A stretch of 64,000 bases of DNA from Candidatus Heimdallarchaeota archaeon (GTDB lineage Archaea; Asgardarchaeota; Heimdallarchaeia; Heimdallarchaeales; Heimdallarchaeaceae), in assembly GCA_021399345.1 (NCBI GenBank), contig JAAFKI010000175.1, forward strand, positions 1 through 64,000, read 5' to 3'. The number at the start of each line of letters is the position of its first letter. Within the stretch, counting starts at the first letter, position 1. The position numbers and the translations under genes are program-made. Below the pieces are notes generated by a model that was not told where the DNA came from, ran no database searches, and saw only the letters and a list, made by a program, of their open reading frames with translations. This document shows, in pieces, positions 49,041-58,892 of this stretch.

Positions 49041-49223
49041 TCATAACCATTTATTCAAAACTTCTTCTGCTCCTTGTAACAAATCCCCGAGCACTTTTCT
49101 ATCTTCATTTTCTTCTAGTTCTACCTTTCTATTCTCCAGCCATCTAAAGAGAGTAGCACTTAGCTGTTCCTCGAGTTCAGATATAATTCCAAACTTAATT
49201 CCATAGTCTGATTCTTCTGCCAT
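49041..49223 (-). CDS. Small acidic helical hypothetical protein
   Basis: 60 aa from MAEESDY. Confidence 0.5.
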   Translation of the reverse strand: MAEESDYGIKFGIISELEEQLSATLFRWLENRKVELEENEDRKVLGDLLQGAEEVLNKWL

Positions 49224-49385
49224 TATACTCAACAAGTATTTTTTCAATATATTCTCTTGTAATTCCCCGGTAGTATTAGGAAATAACGTTATTATTATCA
49301 AATAATTAATGGTGAAATTGGTTAACAAAGACAAAATTTGCAATTTTTAGACTAAAATAAATAAAATAAAAATAGTAAAGGGCTA

Positions 49386-50060
49386 CTAATTTTGTTCTTT
49401 GTCCGCTGCTTGCGCTTCATCTACCTGTTCTTCGCCCTCTTGCACTTCATCTACTTGTTCTTCGCCCTCTTGCACTTCATCTACTTGTTTTTTGCTCTTT
49501 TGCACTACTTTTAAGAATTGTTTACCAGTCTTCTGCATTTCTTTTACGAGTTCTTCGCCTTTGCCTATCTTGTATTTGCATGGAGTTGGAAATCGATCTG
49601 CTCCTCTTTTTAATGCATCGAGAGTTATATAGTAGTTTTCAACAGAAGTTCTAACAGTAACTAGTTCTTGTCCCTCTTTTACTCTTGCAGCTCTATCTGT
49701 TGGTTTTCCAAAAGATTTTCTCATTCCATCTTGAATTCTATCAGCACCTGCTACTGCCATCATTTTATTTTCTCTTAGAATGTGATGTGGATGTATTCTA
49801 ATTGTCATGTGATAGTTTTCAACTCCTAAGTGTCTTTGAAGGTGCCTATTAACTGCGATTCTTGTAGCTTCTAGAGCAGTATGTCTAATCTGACATTTAT
49901 CCTTTGAAACAAGATGAACATGTAAAGGAAAATCCCCTTGTCTATTTCCAGAATCATATGCCCTGATTCTTGAGTCAGGTACTCCTCTAACATACTTTCC
50001 GACTCTTGTATTTGCCGGCCCTCTTACTCTTGTATAGCATCTCGCTGGTCTTTTACCCAT
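49386..50060 (-). CDS. rpl10e: Ribosomal protein uL16 (L10e) with acidic repeat tail
   Basis: MGKRPARCY, ALEATR, AGADRIQDGMR.SFGKP. Confidence 0.96.
   Translation of the reverse strand: MGKRPARCYTRVRGPANTRVGKYVRGVPDSRIRAYDSGNRQGDFPLHVHLVSKDKCQIRHTALEATRIAVNRHLQRHLGVENYHMTIRIHPHHILRENKMMAVAGADRIQDGMRKSFGKPTDRAARVKEGQELVTVRTSVENYYITLDALKRGADRFPTPCKYKIGKGEELVKEMQKTGKQFLKVVQKSKKQVDEVQEGEEQVDEVQEGEEQVDEAQAADKEQN
49409..49489. repeat. 30-nt tandem repeat (~2.7 copies) encoding QVDEVQEGEE
   Basis: Unit cttgcacttcatctacttgttcttcgccct, near-perfect copies. Confidence 0.9.
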
Positions 50061-50076
50061 TTTTTTCAACCTTACC

Positions 50077-50646
50077 TTATCTAGCTGATAGAGCAATTCT
50101 CTCTATCTCTTGTTTCTTCTTAACTGCTGCGCTAGCTTGATCGCCAGTTGCTGCAACTATTAATTCCTCAGCAACAACTTCTTCAACACTTTTGATATTG
50201 TTGAAACTCTTTTGTTTTATCGCATTAGCCATGAATCGTAATGATAAGTCAACCCTTCTCAGTGGTGATACATCAACTGCTATATGTTGTGCTACTCCAC
50301 CATAAGTTAAACGAGTTGTTTCTTCTCTTGGTGCTACATTACAAATTGCATCTATAAGAACTTGAACAGGATTCTTCCCAGTTCTTTCGTGTATAATCTC
50401 AAATGCAACTCTAACAATGTTTATTGCTCTTTGCTTCTTTCCAGCATTCTTTCCTTTTTTCATTAATTTGTTAATGAATCTTTCAACGATATTCATTTCT
50501 GCTTTTTTGAAACGTTGAACTTGGTATCTTCCACCAGAATGAGGGAAATATACTGGTTTAAGAGAGATGTATCTTTTTAACCCTACGTCAGATACCTCTA
50601 CTTCACTTAAATCCCATTTACCGAAGAGCTTAATTTCGTCACTCAT
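50077..50646 (-). CDS. rps7: Ribosomal protein uS7
   Basis: KLFGKW, IVERFINKLM, APREE, AVDVSPLRRVD, ERIALSAR. Confidence 0.97.
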   Translation of the reverse strand: MSDEIKLFGKWDLSEVEVSDVGLKRYISLKPVYFPHSGGRYQVQRFKKAEMNIVERFINKLMKKGKNAGKKQRAINIVRVAFEIIHERTGKNPVQVLIDAICNVAPREETTRLTYGGVAQHIAVDVSPLRRVDLSLRFMANAIKQKSFNNIKSVEEVVAEELIVAATGDQASAAVKKKQEIERIALSAR

Positions 50647-50771
50647 TTTGAATCCTCTTCAACTAATTTAGCAAGCCAAGTTTCGTTTAAAAATCTAATG
50701 TTGGAAGACAGAATACACTAAAGCAGTAATAGTTAAAGAATAAAAAAGAAGAAATCCCTCCTTAAATTCAT

Positions 50772-51821
50772 CTATACTTTTAATTTCATCATTACCCAGG
50801 GAGCAAGAAGAATAACTAATGGACCAAGAATTGCGTATCCTATCAAATCAAGTGTCAATTCTATTCCATTCCATCCAACATTAATAATTATTAAACCAAA
50901 TAATTCAGATAAGCTGAAATAGAAAGCAGCAAAGAAGGCAGCACCTATTAAGATTCTTGCAAGATACTTCCACCATTTGTCAATATCTGTATGAAAATTC
51001 ACTAATTTACCTTCTATTGCATAGGATATAGAAACTGTTGTGAAGAGGGTTATCAGTTTCAAAGATTCAGATATAAGCTCAGAATCATTTTCAACTCTAT
51101 TGTATTGGAGGAAAATTACAGGTACTGCGAAAACAATGAACATTGCGATACAAAGAAGTATTTTAACAAATGTTGTTCTAGAATCTATAAAATTTTCAAC
51201 TGGATCTTTGATAAGAAGGTATACTGCTAGGATTATTAACGCTATTCCAAGTCCCATAATCACATCTGTAAACCAATGTTCTCTGAGAGCAATTCTAGAA
51301 AAACCGATTAGAAATGCAAAAATTAATCCAACCACAACCATCCACCATTTTCTGATAAGAATCATCAAAGAACCCCAGAAAGTCGTACTCATCTGAGTAT
51401 GACCACTTGGTATTCCTGATGAAATTTCATCAGCAGGTTGAAATAATGTTTCTTCCGGATTATGACCATATTGTAAACTTGTTTCTGGTCTATCTAAATT
51501 AAACGCAGCTTTAGTTGAAACGTTTATTACTGTTGAAGTTACCAACAAAATCATTGCCCTGTAAGTCTTCTTTTTGTCATATAGATAATAAAATAGAAGC
51601 AAAATCCCAATATAAACTAAAGCTTCCCCAAGAAAGGAAATGATGTACATAATCCCCCCAAATACTTTACTTCTATTGTTATAGAAGAAATTAGTTAGAG
51701 ATTCATCAACAGGATTATTATGAGTTAAAGGGTTGAAACTGTATACTATGGTAATTGCCGCTACAATAGAAGCAACACCTATAGAAATCAAAGTAATAGC
51801 AATTACGTTACGTTTTTTCAT
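50772..51821 (-). CDS. PAP2-family membrane phosphatase
   Basis: K..RP, PSGH, SRIAL.EHW.TD. Confidence 0.9.
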   Translation of the reverse strand: MKKRNVIAITLISIGVASIVAAITIVYSFNPLTHNNPVDESLTNFFYNNRSKVFGGIMYIISFLGEALVYIGILLLFYYLYDKKKTYRAMILLVTSTVINVSTKAAFNLDRPETSLQYGHNPEETLFQPADEISSGIPSGHTQMSTTFWGSLMILIRKWWMVVVGLIFAFLIGFSRIALREHWFTDVIMGLGIALIILAVYLLIKDPVENFIDSRTTFVKILLCIAMFIVFAVPVIFLQYNRVENDSELISESLKLITLFTTVSISYAIEGKLVNFHTDIDKWWKYLARILIGAAFFAAFYFSLSELFGLIIINVGWNGIELTLDLIGYAILGPLVILLAPWVMMKLKV

Positions 51822-52078
51822 AATTGCACAGTTTGATTACAGAAATAATTAAACCCTTTGTGATAAGTTTTCTTCTACATAGCGCATTATTTTCGTATTA
51901 TTTATGTGGTATTGTTTCAGACATGATCTATAGAATTCCCTTTCTCAAAGATTCTCATCTTTTTTTCACAACCTACTTGGAATGGCAATTTGAATAATAT
52001 ATTTTATCACTCACCCTATCAAATTGAAACTATAATTATTGGGAAAAAATAAAATAGGATTAACAGAAGTACAGAGCT

Positions 52079-52855
52079 GTGATCAAAATGGGTATGTATA
52101 AAGATCTTGAAGGGAAAAGAGTTGTTGTTACTGGGGGGGCCAGTGGTATTGGATTGGCAACTGCCCAACGATTTGTTAATGAAGGTTCAAAGGTTGTTAT
52201 CATTGATTGGAATAAAGAAGAGTTAACCAAAGTTTTATCTCTTATTCCTGAACTCAAAGGAGGGGAGTATGCTGATGTCAGTAATCCAGAAGATGTTAAA
52301 CTTGCGTTTGAAAAAATAGATGAAATTCTGGGAGGTATTGATATTCTAATTTCAAATGCAGGAATAAGTTATCGCAACTCATTTTTGAAGATTGATTATG
52401 AACAATGGTCCAAAGTTCTTCGTGTAAATTTAGATGGGATGTTCCTTTGTTCCAAAGAAGCAATAACAAGAATGAAAAAACAACAATCAGGAGTTGTTTT
52501 GCTAACCGCTTCCACTAATGGAATTGAAGGACATCCTCTATATGCTGATTATAATAGTTCAAAGGCAGGAGTTATCCTCCTAACCAAATCGTTAGCTCTA
52601 GAATTTGCTCCATGGTTACGAGTAAATGCCATCTGTCCAGGTTATGTTCTTACGCCAATGCAAAAAGCAGAATATACACCTGAAATGTTGGAAGTGGTTA
52701 ATTCAAAAATACCTTTGAACCGTCATGCAGCCCCAGAGGAAGTAGCTAATTTATTCGCATTTTTATCCTCATCAGAAGCCGCATATATTACAGGACAATC
52801 AATAGCTATTGATGGTGGAGAAACAGCAGGACCATATACACCGCTAGACGAGTAA
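52079..52855 (+). CDS. Short-chain dehydrogenase/reductase
   Basis: TGGASGIG, NAG, YNSSK, CPGY. Confidence 0.93.
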   Translation: MIKMGMYKDLEGKRVVVTGGASGIGLATAQRFVNEGSKVVIIDWNKEELTKVLSLIPELKGGEYADVSNPEDVKLAFEKIDEILGGIDILISNAGISYRNSFLKIDYEQWSKVLRVNLDGMFLCSKEAITRMKKQQSGVVLLTASTNGIEGHPLYADYNSSKAGVILLTKSLALEFAPWLRVNAICPGYVLTPMQKAEYTPEMLEVVNSKIPLNRHAAPEEVANLFAFLSSSEAAYITGQSIAIDGGETAGPYTPLDE

Positions 52856-52867
52856 TTTAGTAAATTA

Positions 52868-53689
52868 TTGGATAAAAGCAAAAAGGAAGTAAAACTCATG
52901 AACAATAAAAACAATCGGATTTCAAACATGGTTTCTTTGGAGGGTAAAATTGCACTTATTACAGGTGCAGCATCTGGCATCGGGTTAGCAACTGCAAAAT
53001 TACTTGCAGAAGCAGGTGCTATTGTGGCATTACTTGACATTAATGAAATGGATGGTATTAATGCTGCTAATCAGATTAAGGAGTCAGGAGGAAAAGCTAA
53101 GTTCTTCTTATGTGATGTAACTTCTGATTCTGATTGTAAGAAAACTGTTGAAACAATTCATGAAGAATATGGGAAACTTAATATTCTTTTCAACAACGCA
53201 GGTGTGATTCGTCGAAAAACTGTTCTAAATTTAGAGGAAGAAGATTGGGATTTAACAATTGATGTTAACTTGAAGTCGATTTATTTGCTTTCTCGGCAGG
53301 TTATCCCTATTATGATTAAAGGTAACGGGGGGAGTATTATCAACAATGGATCTGGCTGGGGTATAAAAGGCGGATCTGATGCAGTGGCTTACTGTGCAGC
53401 AAAAGGAGGTGTTGTAAATATGACTCGAGCTATGGCAATTGATCATGGTAAACATGGGATCAGAGTCAACTGTGTATGCCCTGGGGATATTGATACTCCA
53501 CTCTTGCGAGGAGAAGCAAAACAATTAGGTGTTGATGATGAAGAGTTCATGCGAGAAGCTGCTGATCGACCTCTTAATCGTGTAGGTAAACCATTAGACG
53601 TAGCTAAAACAGTTCTCTATCTTGCTAGTGACCTTTCAAGCTGGGTAACTGGTACTTCCATAATTGTTGATGGTGGGGGTTTAGCTTAA
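52868..53689 (+). CDS. Short-chain dehydrogenase/reductase
   Basis: TGAASGIG, NNAG, YCAAK, CPGDIDT; true start may be a later ATG. Confidence 0.93.
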   Translation: MDKSKKEVKLMNNKNNRISNMVSLEGKIALITGAASGIGLATAKLLAEAGAIVALLDINEMDGINAANQIKESGGKAKFFLCDVTSDSDCKKTVETIHEEYGKLNILFNNAGVIRRKTVLNLEEEDWDLTIDVNLKSIYLLSRQVIPIMIKGNGGSIINNGSGWGIKGGSDAVAYCAAKGGVVNMTRAMAIDHGKHGIRVNCVCPGDIDTPLLRGEAKQLGVDDEEFMREAADRPLNRVGKPLDVAKTVLYLASDLSSWVTGTSIIVDGGGLA

Positions 53690-53738
53690 TTTGAATTTCA
53701 AAAAAATCACATACTCGTTTATGTTGGAGGTATAATTT

Positions 53739-55151
53739 ATGAATAAAAAGAGAAATTTGGTTCACCCTTACATTCCAAATTCCGTTCCAGAAATAAAGAA
53801 ACAAATGTTGGAAGAAATTGGTGTTAAGGATATTGACACCCTATATGAGGACATCCCAGAGGATTTGAGATTTACAGGTGAGATGAATTTACCAGATCCC
53901 CTTCCTTCAGAATATGCTTTAGAAAGGCATGTTAGTCAACTATTAGCAAAAAATCAAACATGTCAAGAAAATCTTAGTTTCTTAGGAGGAGATTGTTGGC
54001 AACATTATGTTCCTGCAATATGTGATGAAATCAATCAACGCGCGGAATTTTTAACCGCTTATGCAGGTGAGCCCTATGAAGATCATGGAAGATTTCAAAC
54101 ACTTTTCGAATATGCTAGTATGATGGGAGAACTTCTAGATATGGATGTTGTAAATGTACCAACATATGATTGGGGGCAAGCTGCTAGTACTTCTATAAGA
54201 ATGGCTGCAAGAATTACAAAACGCACTGAAGTATTAGTTGCAGAATCAATCTCACCAGATAGGTTGTTAATAATCAGAAATTACTGCAAGCCAATTATAA
54301 AAATTGAATTGGTCAAATATGATAAAAAAACTGGAAAACTTGATATTGATGATTTAAAAGCAAAAATATCATCTAATACAGCAGGTATCTATTTTGAGAA
54401 TCCTTCATATCTTGGTTGTATAGAAGATCAAGGTAAGATTATCTCAGATATTGCTCATACACATGGTGCATTAAGTCTTATTGGAGTTGATCCAATTTCT
54501 TTGGGAATATTGATTCCTCCAAGTAACTATGGAGCAGATATTGTTTGTGGAGACATCCAAGGACTAGGTATGCATATGCAATATGGTGGAAGTCTTGCAG
54601 GTTTTATTGCGACTAGGGATGAAGAAAGATTTGTGATGGAGTATCCTTCGCGTCTTTTTGGGATAACTACTACAGCTGTTGAGGGTGAGCATGGTTTTGG
54701 TGATGTAACTTATGACCGAACATCCTTTCATGATAGAATTGAAGGCAAGGAGTTCATTGGTACAGCAACTGCTTTGTGGGGGATTACTGCAGGTGTGTAT
54801 TTGGCGCTAGTTGGACCACAGGGCATTCAAGAATTAGGAAAATTAATCATGCAAAAGTCACAATATGCTATGAAGAAACTTTCAGAGATTGAAGGAGTAA
54901 GCATTCCATTCTTTACGTCATCTCACTTCAAAGAATTTGTTGTAGACTTTAGTACCTCTAGTAAAATGGTTAAAGAAGTGAATAAAGCTTTACTAGAAGA
55001 AGGAATTTTTGGTGGAAAAGATATTTCAAAGGAGTTTCCAGAATTGGGGAACTGTGCTGTTTATTGTATTACTGAGATTCATACCAAGGAAGATATTGAT
55101 AGACTTGTCCATGCGGTGGATGAATGTTTGAAAAAGGAGGAACCAAAATGA
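53739..55151 (+). CDS. gcvPA: Glycine-cleavage P-protein subunit 1-like (divergent)
   Basis: PYIP..ML..IG, EFLTAY, FENPSYLG, GADIVCG, FKEFVV; canonical YTPYQPE motif replaced. Confidence 0.82.
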   Translation: MNKKRNLVHPYIPNSVPEIKKQMLEEIGVKDIDTLYEDIPEDLRFTGEMNLPDPLPSEYALERHVSQLLAKNQTCQENLSFLGGDCWQHYVPAICDEINQRAEFLTAYAGEPYEDHGRFQTLFEYASMMGELLDMDVVNVPTYDWGQAASTSIRMAARITKRTEVLVAESISPDRLLIIRNYCKPIIKIELVKYDKKTGKLDIDDLKAKISSNTAGIYFENPSYLGCIEDQGKIISDIAHTHGALSLIGVDPISLGILIPPSNYGADIVCGDIQGLGMHMQYGGSLAGFIATRDEERFVMEYPSRLFGITTTAVEGEHGFGDVTYDRTSFHDRIEGKEFIGTATALWGITAGVYLALVGPQGIQELGKLIMQKSQYAMKKLSEIEGVSIPFFTSSHFKEFVVDFSTSSKMVKEVNKALLEEGIFGGKDISKEFPELGNCAVYCITEIHTKEDIDRLVHAVDECLKKEEPK

Positions 55152-56698
55152 GCAGGAAAAACAAAGTAAGAAATTTCCACCAAGCTAAATGGGATGAACC
55201 AGTAATTTTTGAATTAAGTAACAAAGGAGAACGGGGTATTCTATTTCCTGAGATTGAGAAAGAGATAGAAATGGATATTGGTGATGGAATCTCTAATTTA
55301 CCCAAAAATATGGTAAGAGAACAACCTCCTAATCTACCAGAGCTTTCTCAAATGCAAGTCCTAAAACACTATCTTCGATTATCACAGCAAACCCTAGGAG
55401 CTGATTTGAATGTTGATATCGGCCAAGGAACATGTACGATGAAATATAGTCCAAAAATAAATGAAAAATTAGCTACATCTTCAAAGTTTACTGAACTTCA
55501 TCCATCACAAGATGAAACCACTGTTCAAGGAATTCTAGAAATAATCTATAAACTAGACTTATTTTTGAGGGAAATTTCAGGTTTAGACAAATTTACATTT
55601 CAACCAAGTGGGGGAAGCCAAGCAATATACACTATTGCTTCTATTATTCATGCTCACCATGAAGCATCAGGTGAATCAGAAAAACGTGATGAGATTATTA
55701 CTACGATGTTTTCCCATCCTTCAGATTCTGCAGCACCAATTGTTAAAGGTTACAAAATTATAAATATTTATCCAAATGAAGATGGCTTACCTGCTGTTGA
55801 AGCTTTAGAGAAAGCTGTTTCTAATCGTACTGCAGGACTATTAATCACCAACCCAGAAGATACAGGAATTTTTAATCCTAAAATAAGAGAATTTACACGA
55901 ATTGTCCACGAGGTTGGAGGAGTGTGTGGTTATGATCAAGCTAATGCTAATGGAATTTTAGGTATTACTAGAGCAAAAGAAGCAGGATTTGACCTTTGTT
56001 TCTTTAACCTACACAAGACCTTTTCTTCTCCTCATGGGTGTGGTGGCCCAGCAGCTGGAGCTCTTGGTGTAACTGAAGAATTTATAAAATATCTACCAAC
56101 TCCTTTAGTTGAATTTGATGAAAGTAAATACTTTTTCAATTACGACGTTCCCAGAAGCATAGGTAAAGTTAGAGCTTTTTATGGCGTAGTTCCAGCGATA
56201 TTGAAAGCATATTCTTGGATTATGAGTTTAGGTAGTAAAGGATTAAAAGAAGTATCTGAAGTCGCTGTACTCAATAATAACTATCTATTAAAGAAGGTGT
56301 TAGAACTTCGTGGTGCAAATGCTCCTTATGCAGAGGGAAGACACCGAATTGAACAAGTTCGTTATAGTTGGGATGAGCTTTACAGGGAAACTGGAGTTAC
56401 AACAGAGGACATAACTTGTCGCATGGTTGACTTTGGCTTTCATATGTGGTCTAGTCATCATCCTTTCATTGTTCCTCAACCTTTTACTCTAGAACCTACT
56501 GAATCTTACTCCAAAGCTGAGATTGACGAATATATTGCTGGACTAAAGAAGGTTGTAGAAGAAGCGTATGAAAACCCAGAATTAGTCAAGACTGCTCCTC
56601 ATAGAAGTGTTGTTCATAAAATTAATACAGATTCATTGAATGATCCTGCTAGATGGGCTATTACTTGGAGAGCATACTTAAAGAAAAGTAAAAAGTAA
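55148..56698 (+). CDS. gcvPB: Glycine-cleavage P-protein subunit 2-like (divergent)
   Basis: GTCTMKYSPKINE, NLHKTFSSPHGCGGP PLP lysine, LEPTES; ATGA overlap with gcvPA. Confidence 0.85.
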   Translation: MSRKNKVRNFHQAKWDEPVIFELSNKGERGILFPEIEKEIEMDIGDGISNLPKNMVREQPPNLPELSQMQVLKHYLRLSQQTLGADLNVDIGQGTCTMKYSPKINEKLATSSKFTELHPSQDETTVQGILEIIYKLDLFLREISGLDKFTFQPSGGSQAIYTIASIIHAHHEASGESEKRDEIITTMFSHPSDSAAPIVKGYKIINIYPNEDGLPAVEALEKAVSNRTAGLLITNPEDTGIFNPKIREFTRIVHEVGGVCGYDQANANGILGITRAKEAGFDLCFFNLHKTFSSPHGCGGPAAGALGVTEEFIKYLPTPLVEFDESKYFFNYDVPRSIGKVRAFYGVVPAILKAYSWIMSLGSKGLKEVSEVAVLNNNYLLKKVLELRGANAPYAEGRHRIEQVRYSWDELYRETGVTTEDITCRMVDFGFHMWSSHHPFIVPQPFTLEPTESYSKAEIDEYIAGLKKVVEEAYENPELVKTAPHRSVVHKINTDSLNDPARWAITWRAYLKKSKK

Positions 56699-56720
56699 GA
56701 ATTACAAAAGATGATTTGAG

Positions 56721-57836
56721 ATGAAAAAAGTAGGTTTAATTGTAAACCCCATTGCAGGTATGGGGGGTAAAGTTGGACTTAAAGGAACTGATGGGCAAGC
56801 CATCTTGGCAGAAGCCAAACGTATGGGAGCAGAACAAGTATCTCCTCAGCGTACTGTTAAAGCATTAGAAAGACTTATTCCACTCAAGAATGCAATTGAA
56901 ATCATTACCTATCCTCAAGAGATGGGAGAAGAAGTAGCAAATCAATGTGGTTTTAATCCTAAGGTTATAGGTTCCATTACTCAAGGAATGACTTCATCAG
57001 ATGACACTAAACAGGCATGTAAAGATTTGCTTAAGATGAAAATCGACCTTTTACTTTTTGCTGGAGGGGATGGAACTGCAAGAGACATTTACAATTCAAT
57101 TGGAAATGAAATTGTAGTACTAGGTATTCCAACTGGTGTTAAAATGCATTCATCTGTTTTTACCTACAATCCAATGAGAGCCGGAGACTTAGCAATGATT
57201 TACCTTCAAGGAAAAGTGAAAGAGCTAAAAGAAGCTGAAGTTATGGATGTTGATGAAGAAGCATTTAGAAATGGGTTTGTATCTGCAAAACTATACGGTT
57301 ACTTGAGGATTCCATTTGGGAAAAGATATACTCAAGGATTAAAAGCAGGGAGTCCTCCAACTGAAAAATATTCTCAAGAGGCGATAGCTCAAAAAATTAT
57401 AGATGATATGGAGAACGATTGTTTCTATATTATTGGACCAGGCACTACTACCAGAACTATCATGGAAAAATTAAACCTTGATTTTACTCTGTTAGGTGTA
57501 GACCTTCTTTATAGAAAGAAATTGATAGAAGAAGACCTTAATGAGAAAAAATTGCTGGAACATATAAAAGGAAAGAAAGCAAAATTAGTCATTACTCCTA
57601 TTGGGGGGCAAGGTTTCTTATTTGGTAGAGGTAATCAACAATTAAGTCCAAATGTGATTAAGGAAGTTGGAAAAGATAACATTATTGTAATAGCTACAAG
57701 CCATAAAATCAATTCATTAAATGGCCATCCGTTTTTAATAGATTCAGGAAATACCGAGCTAGATCGGTTATTGAGTGGTTATGTTATTGTCATTACTGGA
57801 TATCAAGAAAGTGTTGTTTATAGAGTAATTTCGTGA
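56721..57836 (+). CDS. ATP-NAD/AcoX kinase-family protein
   Basis: NPIAGMGG.VGLKGTDG, GGDGTARD, GVKMHS, GRGNQQ. Confidence 0.88.
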   Translation: MKKVGLIVNPIAGMGGKVGLKGTDGQAILAEAKRMGAEQVSPQRTVKALERLIPLKNAIEIITYPQEMGEEVANQCGFNPKVIGSITQGMTSSDDTKQACKDLLKMKIDLLLFAGGDGTARDIYNSIGNEIVVLGIPTGVKMHSSVFTYNPMRAGDLAMIYLQGKVKELKEAEVMDVDEEAFRNGFVSAKLYGYLRIPFGKRYTQGLKAGSPPTEKYSQEAIAQKIIDDMENDCFYIIGPGTTTRTIMEKLNLDFTLLGVDLLYRKKLIEEDLNEKKLLEHIKGKKAKLVITPIGGQGFLFGRGNQQLSPNVIKEVGKDNIIVIATSHKINSLNGHPFLIDSGNTELDRLLSGYVIVITGYQESVVYRVIS

Positions 57837-57908
57837 AAAACTGTCTTAACACCCTGTCCTTTATGTTTCTATGAGTTTAAATACTGATTTCAAGTTAATA
57901 TTAGTAAG

Positions 57909-58859
57909 ATGTCCCGTTATGCAACGTTGCTTTTACTTCTAAAACACATGGGATTTGTTAATGGGAGAGTACAGTTTCAAAAATTAATCTTCCTTTTGGA
58001 AAAAAATTATCATATTAAGACAGAATATGACTTTATTCCGTTCAAATTTGGTCCTTACTGCCAAGTTGTACAACAGGATATCCAACACCTTATTGATTAT
58101 GGGTATATAGAACACGAGGAAGTCGAAAAAACAGGTTCAGAAGTTCTCCATCGTTATCAAATTACTGAATATGGTGAGCAATACTTGTTAGAAAACGATT
58201 TTGGTGAGATATATGACCAAGTTATTCAAGATCTTTGTTATGATTTCAAGAATTACAGCTTACGTCAATTGATTGAATATGTTTATGATAATTATCCTGA
58301 GTTTACAACTCATTCACAAATCAAAGAAGAGTATTTCAATCTTAAACCAAAACAAGAAGATTTTACTTCTGCAGATAAACTTCTAGAAAGGAAACCGATT
58401 ATAACTCCTTCTTTCGTTAAATGGCTAGATGAAGAGATTAAAGAAACTACTAAAAAGTTAGAGGTTTCTGATGTCCCCATTGAAGAAAAAGCAGATGAAC
58501 TTCTAATAGATGATTTAGTCATTGAAATGTTAGATATTGCTTATGAAGACGTTGCAACAAAAGCACAGGAAATATCTACAAAAATCATGCTAGAGAGTTA
58601 TGCGGAGTCAGGCGATATCAATAATAAGATTTATTTCATTTTAGAAATTCTTGAAACTCTGTTAAGTACTCTTCAAGAAAAGGACATCATTGGTATTTAT
58701 ACAGAGTTTTCAAATACTAAAACCAATATTCAAATGCTTGATGAACTAATTGCATTGCATAGGACATCACTAAAATCAGATCTTGTAAGACTATTATTCG
58801 AATTTATTGAGGATGTGGGATTTTTCTTAGATAGTATTGATAGTATAATATCACTCTAA
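57909..58859 (+). CDS. YwgA/SocA-like winged-helix protein with acidic helical C-terminal domain
   Basis: GRVQFQKLIFLL, F.P.KFGPY, YQITEYG, YVYDNYP. Confidence 0.7.
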   Translation: MSRYATLLLLLKHMGFVNGRVQFQKLIFLLEKNYHIKTEYDFIPFKFGPYCQVVQQDIQHLIDYGYIEHEEVEKTGSEVLHRYQITEYGEQYLLENDFGEIYDQVIQDLCYDFKNYSLRQLIEYVYDNYPEFTTHSQIKEEYFNLKPKQEDFTSADKLLERKPIITPSFVKWLDEEIKETTKKLEVSDVPIEEKADELLIDDLVIEMLDIAYEDVATKAQEISTKIMLESYAESGDINNKIYFILEILETLLSTLQEKDIIGIYTEFSNTKTNIQMLDELIALHRTSLKSDLVRLLFEFIEDVGFFLDSIDSIISL

Positions 58860-58892
58860 AAGTATATAAAAAAAGAAGAAAAAAGAAGAATG

